Source of the DNA: Eledone cirrhosa
Lineage: Eukaryota
Direction of reading: 5' to 3'
DNA: 64,000 nt
Assembly (NCBI GenBank): GCA_964016885.1
Contig: OZ024746.1
Location: 54,994,001 to 55,058,000 of the forward strand
The notes below the pieces were generated by a model that saw only the letters and a list, made by a program, of their open reading frames with translations, did not search any database and was not told the DNA's origin. A program made the position numbers and the translations under genes. Shown one piece after another: positions 17,740 through 32,532 of this stretch. Every line of letters begins with the position of its first letter. The first letter of the stretch is position 1.

Positions 17740-19397
17740 AAGAAAAAGAGATGAAATCGAAAATGCAACTGATGTCTTATTTAAAAAAAATATATATATA
17801 TTTATTTGGTTCCTTTACCGGTTTCGCAGTTCTTCTGCTTTTCAAAAGGTGAGTTGAGATGGAGGGTCTGTGGTTTTTCTCACATCTGGTTGGTCTCTGA
17901 ATGTTACTTGTTTTATATGGAAAAAGTGGCTCGAAAGCAAGGTTTTTCGAGAAGTAATTTGATTGGTTTGTCAATAATTATAATAAATTTCGCGCCAGTT
18001 CGCGTTACAATAGTTCTTCAAATAAGAGAGGGGGGGGTTTGTTACAGGTTGTTTTTTCATATATGAGTATTTGAATTTCTTTTTACTTGAAAAAAGGAGG
18101 CTCACGAAGGCTTTTACCTGTGCGCTAACAATACAACAGAACAAATGCGAATAAATAAGGAAAATATGTTTATTCAAAAATATAGACCAACATTAAATAA
18201 GGTTTAATATACATTATGTCACCACCACAATATGACATACACACACACACACATAACACCTTCTACTTTAGAAAATAAAAACCCGAACTAAATAAACCTT
18301 AACATACGTTTGCACTGGCAATACAACAGCAAACACGAAAAAGTCAGGAAAATATGTTCATTCAAAAATATTCCTACTAAAGGAATCACTTTCCTACACA
18401 CACACATACACACACACACAATATATATATATATATATTCTCTTCATCTTAACATGCTAACCATACTCCCACACACATAACACCCATACACACACATAAC
18501 AACCCCCACACCTACAACTCCCTCCCCATTTCTACTAATAGAACCACTTTCCTACACACATATATATATACACACACACAAAATATATATTCTCTCCATC
18601 TTAACATACTCGCACACACACACATAACACCCATATACACACACACACAACTCCCTCCCCCATCTCTACTAATAGAATCATCTTCCAATACACACATACA
18701 CACACACACATACACACACACAAGCACACAAATAAACACATATCTTCAGTCTCAATAGAAAATCTGAACTCTGACACCTGAACTCTGACAGCTGGCCATA
18801 TTCACTGAACCAGAACATTTCTCCCAATCCCTTTTCCCTTGACCATTGTCATAACATTCACTATAAAGACTACAGAATAGTTTTCCAAATAAGGGCGCAA
18901 AAATGTAATGAAAACTTGTTCACGTGACAGCCAAATTTCATTTATAACCAACCAAAAAAAAGCCTTTGTGAGCCTCCATTTTTCAAGTAAAAAGAAATTC
19001 AAACACTCATATATGAAAAAACAACCTGTGACAAACGCCCCTCTCTTATTTGAAGAACTATTGTAACGCGAAATGGCGCGAAATTTATTATAATTATTGA
19101 CAAACCAATCAAATTACTTCTCGAAAAACCTGGCTTTCGAGCCACTTTTTCCATATAAAACAAGTAACATTCAGAGACCAACCAGATGTGAGAAAAACCA
19201 CAGACCCTCCATCTCAACTCACCTTTTGAAAAGCAGAAGAACTGCGAAACCGGTAAAGGAACCAAATAAATATATATATTTAAAAAAAAAATAAGACTTC
19301 AGTTGCATTTTCGATTTCATCTCTTTTTCTTTATACTTCCACTCGTGTAGGACACCTCGGTTACTTTTCATTTTGTAAAAAAAACCTCACTTTCTAA
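17736..19397 (+). mobile_element. Non-coding PLE derivative: inverted pseudo-LTR pair plus 3' extension
   Basis: ~380-bp IRs at 17736-18115 and 18958-19335, a CA-rich spacer and a 60-bp extension. Motifs are shared with the Neptune 3' region. A duplicated-block copy is at ~29204-30870. Confidence 0.75.
19222..19259 (+). ncRNA. Minimal hammerhead ribozyme motif, U3-A8 core (mirror copy 17812-17849 on minus)
   Basis: cctt-TTGAAAA-gcag(aagaa)ctgc-GAAA-ccgg-TA-aagg. Confidence 0.7.
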
Positions 19398-19416
19398 TAT
19401 ATATATATATATATAC

Positions 19417-19537
<121 letters not shown>

Positions 19538-19560
19538 CACATAAATATATATATATATAC

Positions 19561-19607
<47 letters not shown>

Positions 19608-19618
19608 CATATATATAC

Positions 19619-19691
<73 letters not shown>

Positions 19692-19704
19692 CATATATAT
19701 ATAT

Positions 19705-20048
<344 letters not shown>

Positions 20049-20054
20049 ATATAT

Positions 20055-20665
20055 GTGTCAGGTCACCAGTTGGTGCTACTGGTAACATGTATCCCAGTAC
20101 AACCTGTCCCATGGTCGAGTCGTTGGCGACTAAACTGGCAACCCCACCAAGGTTTCTTGGTGAGGAGGGTGACTTTGGACATCCTGCAGGACTAAAAACA
20201 AAACCTGTCAAAGGGCAAAGGTGTTCTTAAAAGTCAATGGCCATCCAAAATCACCGGGAGAGATGACCCCTTAGCCTTTGTCAAGGCAGAATTCTAGGAG
20301 AAGGAAAACTCTGATATAACACCTGCAACCCTGATGGTATCCAATGATGTTGACTTGTTCTTCTTTTTGGTAAATATCATCTTGGTTAAGAGAGTGGGAC
20401 TGGCTTTGTGCAGTGGCTTTGCTCACTATAAACGCTTTACAGCTCAGGCATTGCTTTATATCTGGAGATCTCTCTGCACTTGTTGTCACATGGTACCATG
20501 GGCCCAGCACTATGTGTCAATAATTGTCACAAGTGTAGTGTTTGTAACAGAGTTTTCAAGTCGCTGGTTGGACTAAAAAGTCACACTCGTTCTGCGCATC
20601 GGTAAGGGTTCTCCTACATGGATATGAAGTAGTGGCCGTACTCGAAAACGAGTTGGCAGCCACCA
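20055..20665 (+). mobile_element. Short non-autonomous RTE derivative (5' UTR joined to 3' end)
   Basis: RTE-like 5' UTR motif tctaggagaaggaaaactctga, C-terminal C2H2 finger [22 protein letters not shown], and 3' hairpin actcg-aaaa-cgagt before the (TA)n tail. A duplicated-block copy is at 31515-32126. Confidence 0.7.
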
Positions 20666-20705
20666 TATATATATATATATGTATATATGTATATATGTAT
20701 ATATG

Positions 20706-20738
<33 letters not shown>

Positions 20739-20746
20739 GTATATAC

Positions 20747-20824
<78 letters not shown>

Positions 20825-20844
20825 ATATATATATATGTATATAC

Positions 20845-21047
<203 letters not shown>

Positions 21048-22551
21048 AACGTTCTATTTAAAGTTGTTGGGATACAACAAGTAAATATTTTTTTAACTGA
21101 TATAAAGCACTCGACAAATTTTTGGAGTAGATATACGATATTAATAAATGGAAACTATATTTATAAAACCATATTTATTTCATTATAACTAAAAATGTAG
21201 TGTACAATTGTAATGTTAAAACTAATTTAAATTCATTTAACTCTGTTGGTTCCACCTCTACAGAATCTAAATTTCGCTTCAATAATCATAAGAACTCTTT
21301 CACAGATCCAAACAAAAAATCTTCAACTTTGCTATCGAGCCTACTATGGGACCTAAAACGAGATAATATTAAATATTCGATGAATTGGAATATTATTTCA
21401 AAATCTACTCCTTTTAATTCCTCTTCAGAAAATTGTGATCTTTGTATTGAAGAAATATTCTTTATATTAAAGTCCAAAAATTCCCTTAATCTGAGGAACA
21501 ATTTATTCAGTTGCTGCAGACATAGATTGAACTCAACGTTAAATATAAATATAAATTTAAAATGTAGTATAATTAATTAAGTAATTTTAGTATATACTAT
21601 ATATACTAAACTACTCGAAAATGTCTATACTTCCAATGTATTAAATAATATATACGTAAGGTAAATTTCTATATTAAATATAAGGTTATCTGTAGAATCA
21701 TTGGGTTTTTTAAATTTTTTAAATCTTTTAAATTATTTTTAATTGTTTTGATTATGATAGCTTCTCATAATTTTCACAAGTCTACCCTCTCAATATCTTG
21801 ATTGAGATATACGTAGGATAAATTTCTATACTAAATATATAAAACATATTATTCTAACTTAAGAAACTCTATAGTGTTTTAATGATATTTAATGCTTTGA
21901 TATTTCTAGATTTCTTTTGTCTATATAGTTGCATTTCCAAAATATATTCCTTTCGTATTTTAAATTTATATTGTTATGGTTATATTTACAAATTATAATC
22001 CTTTGTTAATTTATTGATATTGGATTATCTCTATACAAATGCATAGGTGTGTATTAACATGCATAGAAAGTATTATAGATTTTTTTGTGTTTGTATGTGT
22101 CTGTATATATACATGAGTGATGCATGAGGACGCACGCAAATATTTATTTATACATATGTATGTGTATATATGTATGTGTATATATCTATGTGGTTGAGAG
22201 GTATGTTGCATATGTGCATAATATTAAACACATGAATGGTAATCGTATATATGAGGACATGATTGTTAATCGTATATATTTGTATATATATACTGTGAAA
22301 TTTTTATAACACAATGAGTGTATAGCAGTGATTAAGAGAAATCATTTACGTTTTGTATGGCTATATTGTTGGCTTGAGTAAACATAATTTCTATTTTCAG
22401 GACGTGCGTATCTATATGTATTTGTATATACACATATATTTGTATGTCTTTGCATAAAATACTAATCTCTATAGCAAGGATACATTTTGAACTCAGATTT
22501 TGGTATATTGATCTCAAGTTTCTAAACTAAACATATGGTCATTATTGAACA

Positions 22552-22658
22552 CAAATCCCGCCGAGGTTAACTTTGCCTTTCATCCTTACGGGGTCGATAA
22601 AATAAAGTACCAGTAATGTACTGGGTAATTTTCTGGCCTTGTGCCAATAGTAGAAACA
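22552..22658 (+). mobile_element. 5'-truncated SINE inserted in the Naiad B UTR, with 11-bp TSD
   Basis: ATTATTGAACA at 22541-22551 and 22659-22669. A single empty site is present at 48857-48867. Confidence 0.9.
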
Positions 22659-23167
22659 ATTATTGAACAATGTTTAATTTCTCATATTATATATGTATGT
22701 CCCATTCATGAATATTGATACTTATATTTATATTTTTATTATTCATTTCATATAAATTGTTAACTCAACTTAATATGACATGACGTAAAGTTGTCACTGT
22801 CCCCCTCTCTCTATATAGTATTTCTCTCTCTTGAGTTCCTCTTTCTGTATGATGACTTGAAATCTCTCTGTTGCTTTCCTTTGTTTTTCTTATTACTTCC
22901 TTTTCTTTCGTTTTTAATTCCTCCTATCTTTATCTATCTCTTTCTTCTCTCCATACATTTCTCTCTCTCTCCGATATTTCTCCAGGTTTTCTTTCTCTTT
23001 TCTTTCTCTCTCTCTGTCTTTGTTCTTTTCTCTTTCTTTCTCTCCGTCTTTTTCTAATTGTGCTTAACACTATGAATTATTAGATAAACAAATCACTATC
23101 CAGACAGCCTCCAAACGTAATGGTTGTATTTTAAAGGGTACGTCAAACGTATTTGTAAAACTGTTAT

Positions 23168-23243
23168 ATATTGTATTTTACCTGATGAAGGCATACCATA
23201 ATTTAATGTGGTATCCCTGAAATATGTATAATGAAATAAATAT
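23168..23243 (+). ncRNA. Hammerhead ribozyme motif of Naiad B pLTR
   Basis: CTGATGA-aggcataccat(aatttaat)gtggtatccct-GAAA-tatgta-TA. A duplicated-block copy is at 34653-34728. Confidence 0.8.
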
Positions 23244-23277
23244 GGTTTTATAAATATAGTTTCCATTTATTAATATC

Positions 23278-23381
<104 letters not shown>

Positions 23382-23382
23382 G

Positions 23383-23490
<108 letters not shown>

Positions 23491-23498
23491 TATGTATG

Positions 23499-23529
<31 letters not shown>

Positions 23530-23567
23530 GTATATATATATATGTATATATAAATATATATGTATAT

Positions 23568-23642
<75 letters not shown>

Positions 23643-23646
<4 letters not shown>

Positions 23647-24190
23647 AAATAAAGTTAAATAAAAGTCAAATGATTAAAATTTAGCTTCGTTTATTACTGC
23701 TATATATATTTCAGTGACAGCCATCATTGGCTGTTACCTCTTCAGGCAGTTTGAATTAGTATGGTATAGACAAGTACATATGTTGTTTAGGTGTATAATA
23801 TTGTCAATACTCTGATATGTCCAGTTCCTTGTTGGTTTGTTAATTCACTGAGGAACTGGAGTCATATCTTATATGACTCCAGTTCCTCAGTGAAATAACA
23901 ACCCAACAACGAACTGGGCATATCAGAGTATTGACAATATTATACACCTAAACAACATATGTACTTGTCTATACCATACTAATTCAAACTGCCTGAAGAG
24001 GTCACAGCCAAAGATGGCTGTCACTGAAATATATATAGCAGTAATAAATGAAGCTAAGTTTTAATCATTTGACTTTTATTTAACTTTATTTTACACTACT
24101 CCGGAGTAACCAAACCAACCTGCGCACTTCGTCGAGTGCTCCAGCCTGCATACTGAGGTATTGGTATACAACCAACACAAACTCAAAATA
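23643..24190. mobile_element. 453-bp palindrome (23643-24095) of two inverted HHR-bearing pLTRs plus 3' extension
   Basis: Arms of ~225 bp around a 3-nt centre at 23868-23870. HHRs at 23696-23750 (minus) and 23988-24042 (plus). A duplicated-block copy is at 35104-35650. Confidence 0.85.
23988..24042 (+). ncRNA. Hammerhead ribozyme motif (mirror copy 23696-23750 on minus)
   Basis: actgc-CTGAAGA-ggtcacagcca(aaga)tggctgtcact-GAAA-tatata-TA-gcagt. Confidence 0.8.
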
Positions 24191-24230
24191 TATACATATG
24201 TATACATATATATATATATATATGTGTATA

Positions 24231-24267
<37 letters not shown>

Positions 24268-24270
24268 ATA

Positions 24271-24354
<84 letters not shown>

Positions 24355-24394
24355 CATATTTATATGTATATATATATATGTATATATACCTATA

Positions 24395-24451
<57 letters not shown>

Positions 24452-24456
24452 ATATA

Positions 24457-24499
<43 letters not shown>

Positions 24500-24514
24500 G
24501 TATATGTATATATA

Positions 24515-26125
24515 TTTTTATTAAAATATGTAAGCTGGCCTTAGCAACTCCACTGAAGATGCTCTTCAGAAGCTCCTTGGCTAGCGGTGTACTACCCAGG
24601 GAGCTGAAAGAAAGCACAATATGCCTATCCATAAAGGAGGTAGTAGAGCTGAGGCCAAGAACTATAAGCCAGTCTCCCTGACGTCGCATATCAGTAAGGT
24701 CATGGAGCGAGTCATCAGAAAGAAACTAATCACTTTCCTCGAAGAAAATGACCGCCTGACTAGCACGCAACATGGCTTCCGCCCAGGAAGAAGCTGCCTT
24801 ACACAGCTGCTACATCACTACGACTGGGTACTGAGACAACTACTAGACAGCTCACATGTGGACGTGATATATCTTGACTTTGCGAAGGCCTTTGACAAGG
24901 TCGACCACGGAATGATATGTCACAAACTACACGGACTCGGCATAACTGGAAAAGTAGGTGAGTGGCTGCATGGCTTCCTAAGGGGCAGAAGCCAGGCAGT
25001 CGCAGCAAATGGGGCCCTCTCGACGGAAACACCATTAACAAGTGGGGTGCCCCAGGGGACAGTCCTGGGACCACTACTGTTTTTGGTGGCTCTCTCGGAC
25101 ATGCCCGCTGTGGTGCATGCAACAACATCCCTCACTAGCTATGCTGATGACACTAAGGTGGCACAGGCAATCAAAAACCCGGCTGACGCTGCCCTTTTAC
25201 AGCAGGATCTGGATGCCATATGCAAATGGGCGGAAGAAAACAACATGCAGTTTAATGCTGGCAAATTCCAAGCCCTACAATACAAACCTGCAAACACAAA
25301 TATAGTGGAACACAGCTACACAGGACCAGGAGGGACCGATATCCCCGTGTCAAAATCGATACGAGACCTGGGCATAGACATGAGCGATGATGCATCTTTT
25401 TCTGCGCACATCATGAAAGTGGCGACAATGTGCAGACGACACGCTGGCTGGATCTTGAGGACTTTCCGGACAAGAGACCGAGACACCATGTTGACACTGT
25501 GGAGGACCTTTGTCCTAAGCCGCCTGGACAACTGCTCCAAGTTGTGGTCACCCCATAGTGTCAAACTAACCACGGAGCTTGAGGCAATCCAGCGAATCTA
25601 CACCAAGATGATTGCCAAGATGAGGGAGACAAGCTACTGGGAGAGGCTAAAGGAACTGAACCTCTATTCCTTGGAGCGAAGACGGGAGAGATACGCAGTG
25701 ATCTACATGTGGAAAATCCTGGAGGGACTAGCACCAACCTTTGGCATTGGGAGCTGGACCAACCGTCGAACAGGACGTCACTGTGTGGTGCCAAAGGTCC
25801 CGTCTTCCACATCTAGAATAAGGAGCAGGTATTGCAATAGCCTGGGATTCAAGGGCCCTCAACTCTTCAACGGGCTGCCGAGGGATCTGAGAGACTTGCA
25901 TGACGTAGAGGTGGATGTCTTTAAGAAACATCTCGACACCTTGTTATCCAGGATCCCGGATGAGCCCACAGCAAGACACGGGGAAAACCTAAGGGCAGCA
26001 GCAAAAAACTCCCTCTTACACCAGTGGCCAACCTATACAGGGTGGAGATAAAATGTGTAGCAACAAGGGCGTTGCCCCAGCATGGCCTCAGCCGGATGGC
26101 TGGAACAGGTAAAAGAGTAAAAGAG
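24515..26125 (+). mobile_element. 5'-truncated CR1-group LINE
   Basis: RT ORF followed by a short 3' UTR and GTAAAAGAGTAAAAGAGTA tail. No APE domain. A duplicated-block copy is at ~35980-37591. Confidence 0.92.
24621..26051 (+). CDS. Non-LTR reverse transcriptase ORF (CR1 group), 5'-truncated
   Basis: [56 protein letters not shown]. Confidence 0.9.
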   Translation: MPIHKGGSRAEAKNYKPVSLTSHISKVMERVIRKKLITFLEENDRLTSTQHGFRPGRSCLTQLLHHYDWVLRQLLDSSHVDVIYLDFAKAFDKVDHGMICHKLHGLGITGKVGEWLHGFLRGRSQAVAANGALSTETPLTSGVPQGTVLGPLLFLVALSDMPAVVHATTSLTSYADDTKVAQAIKNPADAALLQQDLDAICKWAEENNMQFNAGKFQALQYKPANTNIVEHSYTGPGGTDIPVSKSIRDLGIDMSDDASFSAHIMKVATMCRRHAGWILRTFRTRDRDTMLTLWRTFVLSRLDNCSKLWSPHSVKLTTELEAIQRIYTKMIAKMRETSYWERLKELNLYSLERRRERYAVIYMWKILEGLAPTFGIGSWTNRRTGRHCVVPKVPSSTSRIRSRYCNSLGFKGPQLFNGLPRDLRDLHDVEVDVFKKHLDTLLSRIPDEPTARHGENLRAAAKNSLLHQWPTYTGWR

Positions 26126-26137
26126 TATATGTATATA

Positions 26138-26218
<81 letters not shown>

Positions 26219-26263
26219 GCATATATATATATATGTATATATATATGCATATATATATATATG

Positions 26264-26344
<81 letters not shown>

Positions 26345-26641
26345 GTATATATATATATGTATATATATATATATGTATATATATATATGTATATATATAT
26401 ATACATATATAGAGATGACCCCTTAGCCTTTGTCAAGGCATAATTCTAGAAGATGGAAAACTCTGATATAACACCTGCAACTCTGATGGTATCCAATGAT
26501 GTTGACTTGTTCTTCTTTTTCGTAAATATCATCTTGGTTAAGAGAGTGGGACTGGCTTTGTGCAGCGCCTTTGCTCACTATAAAAGCTTCACGGCACAGG
26601 CATTCCTTTATATCTGGAGATCTCTCTGCACTTGTCGTCAC

Positions 26642-26841
26642 NNNNNNNNNNNNNNNNNNNNNNNNNNNNNNNNNNNNNNNNNNNNNNNNNNNNNNNNNNN
26701 NNNNNNNNNNNNNNNNNNNNNNNNNNNNNNNNNNNNNNNNNNNNNNNNNNNNNNNNNNNNNNNNNNNNNNNNNNNNNNNNNNNNNNNNNNNNNNNNNNNN
26801 NNNNNNNNNNNNNNNNNNNNNNNNNNNNNNNNNNNNNNNNN
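26642..26841. other. Assembly gap (200 N)
   Basis: Run of n characters. Confidence 1.
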
Positions 26842-27567
26842 GCCCTTGTTGCTACACATTTTATCTCCAGCCTGTATAGGTTGGCCACTGGTGTAGGAGG
26901 GAGTTTGTTGCTGCTGCCCTTAGGTTTCCCTCGTGTCTTGCTGTGGGCTCATCCGGGATCCTGGATGACAAGGTGTCGAGATATTTCTTAAAGACATCCA
27001 CTTCCACGTCATGCAAGTCTCGCAGATGCCTCGGCAGCCTGTTGAAGAGTTGAGGGCCCTTGAATCCCAGGCTATTGCAATACCTGCTCCTTATTCTAGA
27101 TGTGGAAGACGGGACCTTTGGCACCACACAGTGACATCCTGTTCGACGGTTGGTCCAGCTCCCAATGCCAAAGTTTGGTGCTAGTTCCTCCAGGATTTTC
27201 CACATGTAGATCACTGCGTATCTCTCCCGTCTTCGCTCCAAGGAGTAGAGGTTCAGTTCCTTCAGCCTCTCCCAGTAGCATCTTGGCAATCCTCTTGGTG
27301 TAGCTTCGCTGGATTGCCTCAAGTATATATATATATATATATATAAGTGAAGGCGTGTGGCTGAGTGGTTAGAGAATTGAATTCGCAATCGTAAGGTTGT
27401 GAGTTCGATTCCTGGACCAGGCGATGCGTTATGTCCTTGAGCAAGACACTTTATTTCACGTTGCTCCTTCTACCTGGAGTTGCGACCGATAGATAGTATT
27501 AGCAATTGGAAAGACCAACGGAAACATTGTTCCCTCGGTCCGATTTGACAAAAGTAGATCGTTTAAG

Positions 27568-27599
<32 letters not shown>

Positions 27600-27878
27600 T
27601 ATAAATATGTATATATATATGTATAGTATATATGCATATATATGTATATATATATGCAAATATATATATATGTATATATATATGCATATAAAATATATAT
27701 ATGTATATATATATGCATATATAGATATATGTATATATATATGCATATATATATATATATATGTATATATATATTCATATATATATATATATGTATATAT
27801 ATATGCATATATATATATATATATATATATAAATATGTATATATATATGCATATATATATATATGTATATATATATGC

Positions 27879-27914
<36 letters not shown>

Positions 27915-28016
27915 GCATATATATATATATGTATATATATATGCATATATATATATATGTATATATATATGTATATATATATAAGTATATATATTATGTA
28001 TATTTATATATATATT

Positions 28017-28061
<45 letters not shown>

Positions 28062-28128
28062 GTATATATATATATATGTATATATATATATGTATATATA
28101 TGTATATATATATGTATCTATATATATG

Positions 28129-28159
<31 letters not shown>

Positions 28160-28262
28160 GTATATATATATGTATATATATGTATATATATATGTATATA
28201 TATATGTATATATATATGTATATATATATATGTAAATATATATGTATATATATGTATATATG

Positions 28263-28321
<59 letters not shown>

Positions 28322-28330
28322 AATATATAT

Positions 28331-28395
<65 letters not shown>

Positions 28396-28467
28396 GTATA
28401 TATATATATGTATATATATATGTATATATACATATATATATATACATATATATAAATATACATATAT

Positions 28468-28532
<65 letters not shown>

Positions 28533-28547
28533 CATATATATATATAC

Positions 28548-28579
<32 letters not shown>

Positions 28580-28679
28580 TTATACATATATATATATGTA
28601 TATATATATATATATGTATATATATGTATATATATATATACGTATATATACATATATATAAAGATATACATATATATAA

Positions 28680-28746
<67 letters not shown>

Positions 28747-28973
28747 ATATTCGAAAATATTCTGTATGTTTATAATAAACATGTTGAAGACCCAATCGCT
28801 ATAGAATAGAATACGTCACGTATTACAATGTGAGATTCTCGATAAAAGCAAGGGAAGTAACCTACGCGTTTCATTGATTGGGTCTTCAAAATGTTTATTA
28901 TAAACATACAGAATATTTTCGAATATTCTATGTTTGTCTTCACATATATATCGCTATTTCAGAGCATTAAATC

Positions 28974-29112
<139 letters not shown>

Positions 29113-29127
29113 ATATATCTATATATC

Positions 29128-29207
<80 letters not shown>

Positions 29208-30889
29208 AAGAAAAAGAGATGAAATCGAAAATGCAACTGATGTCTTATTTAAAAAAAATATATATATATTTATTTGGTTCCTTTACCGGTTTCGCAGTTC
29301 TTCTGCTTTTCAAAAGGTGAGTTGAGATGGAGGGTCTGTGGTTTTTCTCACATCTGGTTGGTCTCTGAATGTTACTTGTTTTATATGGAAAAAGTGGCTC
29401 GAAAGCAAGGTTTTTCGAGAAGTAATTTGATTGGTTTGTCAATAATTATAATAAATTTCGCGCCAGTTCGCGTTACAATAGTTCTTCAAATAAGAGAGGG
29501 GGGGGTTTGTTACAGGTTGTTTTTTCATATATGAGTATTTGAATTTCTTTTTACTTGAAAAAAGGAGGCTCACGAAGGCTTTTACCTGTGCGCTAACAAT
29601 ACAACAGAACAAATGCGAATAAATAAGGAAAATATGTTTATTCAAAAATATAGACCAACATTAAATAAGGTTTAATATACATTATGTCACCACCACAATA
29701 TGACATACACACACACACACATAACACCTTCTACTTTAGAAAATAAAAACCCGAACTAAATAAACCTTAACATACGTTTGCACTGGCAATACAACAGCAA
29801 ACACGAAAAAGTCAGGAAAATATGTTCATTCAAAAATATTCCTACTAAAGGAATCACTTTCCTACACACACACATACACACACACACAATATATATATAT
29901 ATATATTCTCTTCATCTTAACATGCTAACCATACTCCCACACACATAACACCCATACACACACATAACAACCCCCACACCTACAACTCCCTCCCCATTTC
30001 TACTAATAGAACCACTTTCCTACACACATATATATATACACACACACAAAATATATATTCTCTCCATCTTAACATACTCGCACACACACACATAACACCC
30101 ATATACACACACACACAACTCCCTCCCCCATCTCTACTAATAGAATCATCTTCCAATACACACATACACACACACACATACACACACACAAGCACACAAA
30201 TAAACACATATCTTCAGTCTCAATAGAAAATCTGAACTCTGACACCTGAACTCTGACAGCTGGCCATATTCACTGAACCAGAACATTTCTCCCAATCCCT
30301 TTTCCCTTGACCATTGTCATAACATTCACTATAAAGACTACAGAATAGTTTTCCAAATAAGGGCGCAAAAATGTAATGAAAACTTGTTCACGTGACAGCC
30401 AAATTTCATTTATAACCAACCAAAAAAAAGCCTTTGTGAGCCTCCATTTTTCAAGTAAAAAGAAATTCAAACACTCATATATGAAAAAACAACCTGTGAC
30501 AAACGCCCCTCTCTTATTTGAAGAACTATTGTAACGCGAAATGGCGCGAAATTTATTATAATTATTGACAAACCAATCAAATTACTTCTCGAAACGAAAA
30601 ACCTGGCTTTCGAGCCACTTTTTCCATATAAAACAAGTAACATTCAGAGACCAACCAGATGTGAGAAAAACCACAGACCCTCCATCTCAACTCACCTTTT
30701 GAAAAGCAGAAGAACTGCGAAACCGGTAAAGGAACCAAATAAATATATATATTTTAAAAAAAAATAAGACTTCAGTTGCATTTTCGATTTCATCTCTTTT
30801 TCTTTATACTTCCACTCGTGTAGGACACCTCGGTTACTTTTCATTTTGTAAAAAAAACCTCACTTTCTAATATATATATATATATATAC

Positions 30890-31004
<115 letters not shown>

Positions 31005-31010
31005 CACATA

Positions 31011-31076
<66 letters not shown>

Positions 31077-31087
31077 CATATATATAC

Positions 31088-31154
<67 letters not shown>

Positions 31155-31167
31155 CATATATATATAT

Positions 31168-31515
<348 letters not shown>

Positions 31516-32166
31516 GTGTCAGGTCACCAGTTGGTGCTACTGGTAACATGTATCCCAGTACAACCTGTCCCATGGTCGAGTCGTTGGCGACTAAACTGGC
31601 AACCCCACCAAGGTTTCTTGGTGAGGAGGGTGACTTTGGACATCCTGCAGGACTAAAAACAAAACCTGTCAAAGGGCAAAGGTGTTCTTAAAAGTCAATG
31701 GCCATCCAAAATCACCGGGAGAGATGACCCCTTAGCCTTTGTCAAGGCAGAATTCTAGGAGAAGGAAAACTCTGATATAACACCTGCAACCCTGATGGTA
31801 TCCAATGATGTTGACTTGTTCTTCTTTTTGGTAAATATCATCTTGGTTAAGAGAGTGGGACTGGCTTTGTGCAGTGGCTTTGCTCACTATAAACGCTTTA
31901 CAGCTCAGGCATTGCTTTATATCTGGAGATCTCTCTGCACTTGTTGTCACATGGTACCATGGGCCCAGCACTATGTGTCAATAATTGTCACAAGTGTAGT
32001 GTTTGTAACAGAGTTTTCAAGTCGCTGGTTGGACTAAAAAGTCACACTCGTTCTGCGCATCGGTAAGGGTTCTCCTACATGGATATGAAGTAGTGGCCGT
32101 ACTCGAAAACGAGTTGGCAGCCACCATATATATATATATATGTATATATGTATATATGTATATATG

Positions 32167-32199
<33 letters not shown>

Positions 32200-32207
32200 G
32201 TATATAC

Positions 32208-32285
<78 letters not shown>

Positions 32286-32305
32286 ATATATATATATGTA
32301 TATAC

Positions 32306-32532
<227 letters not shown>

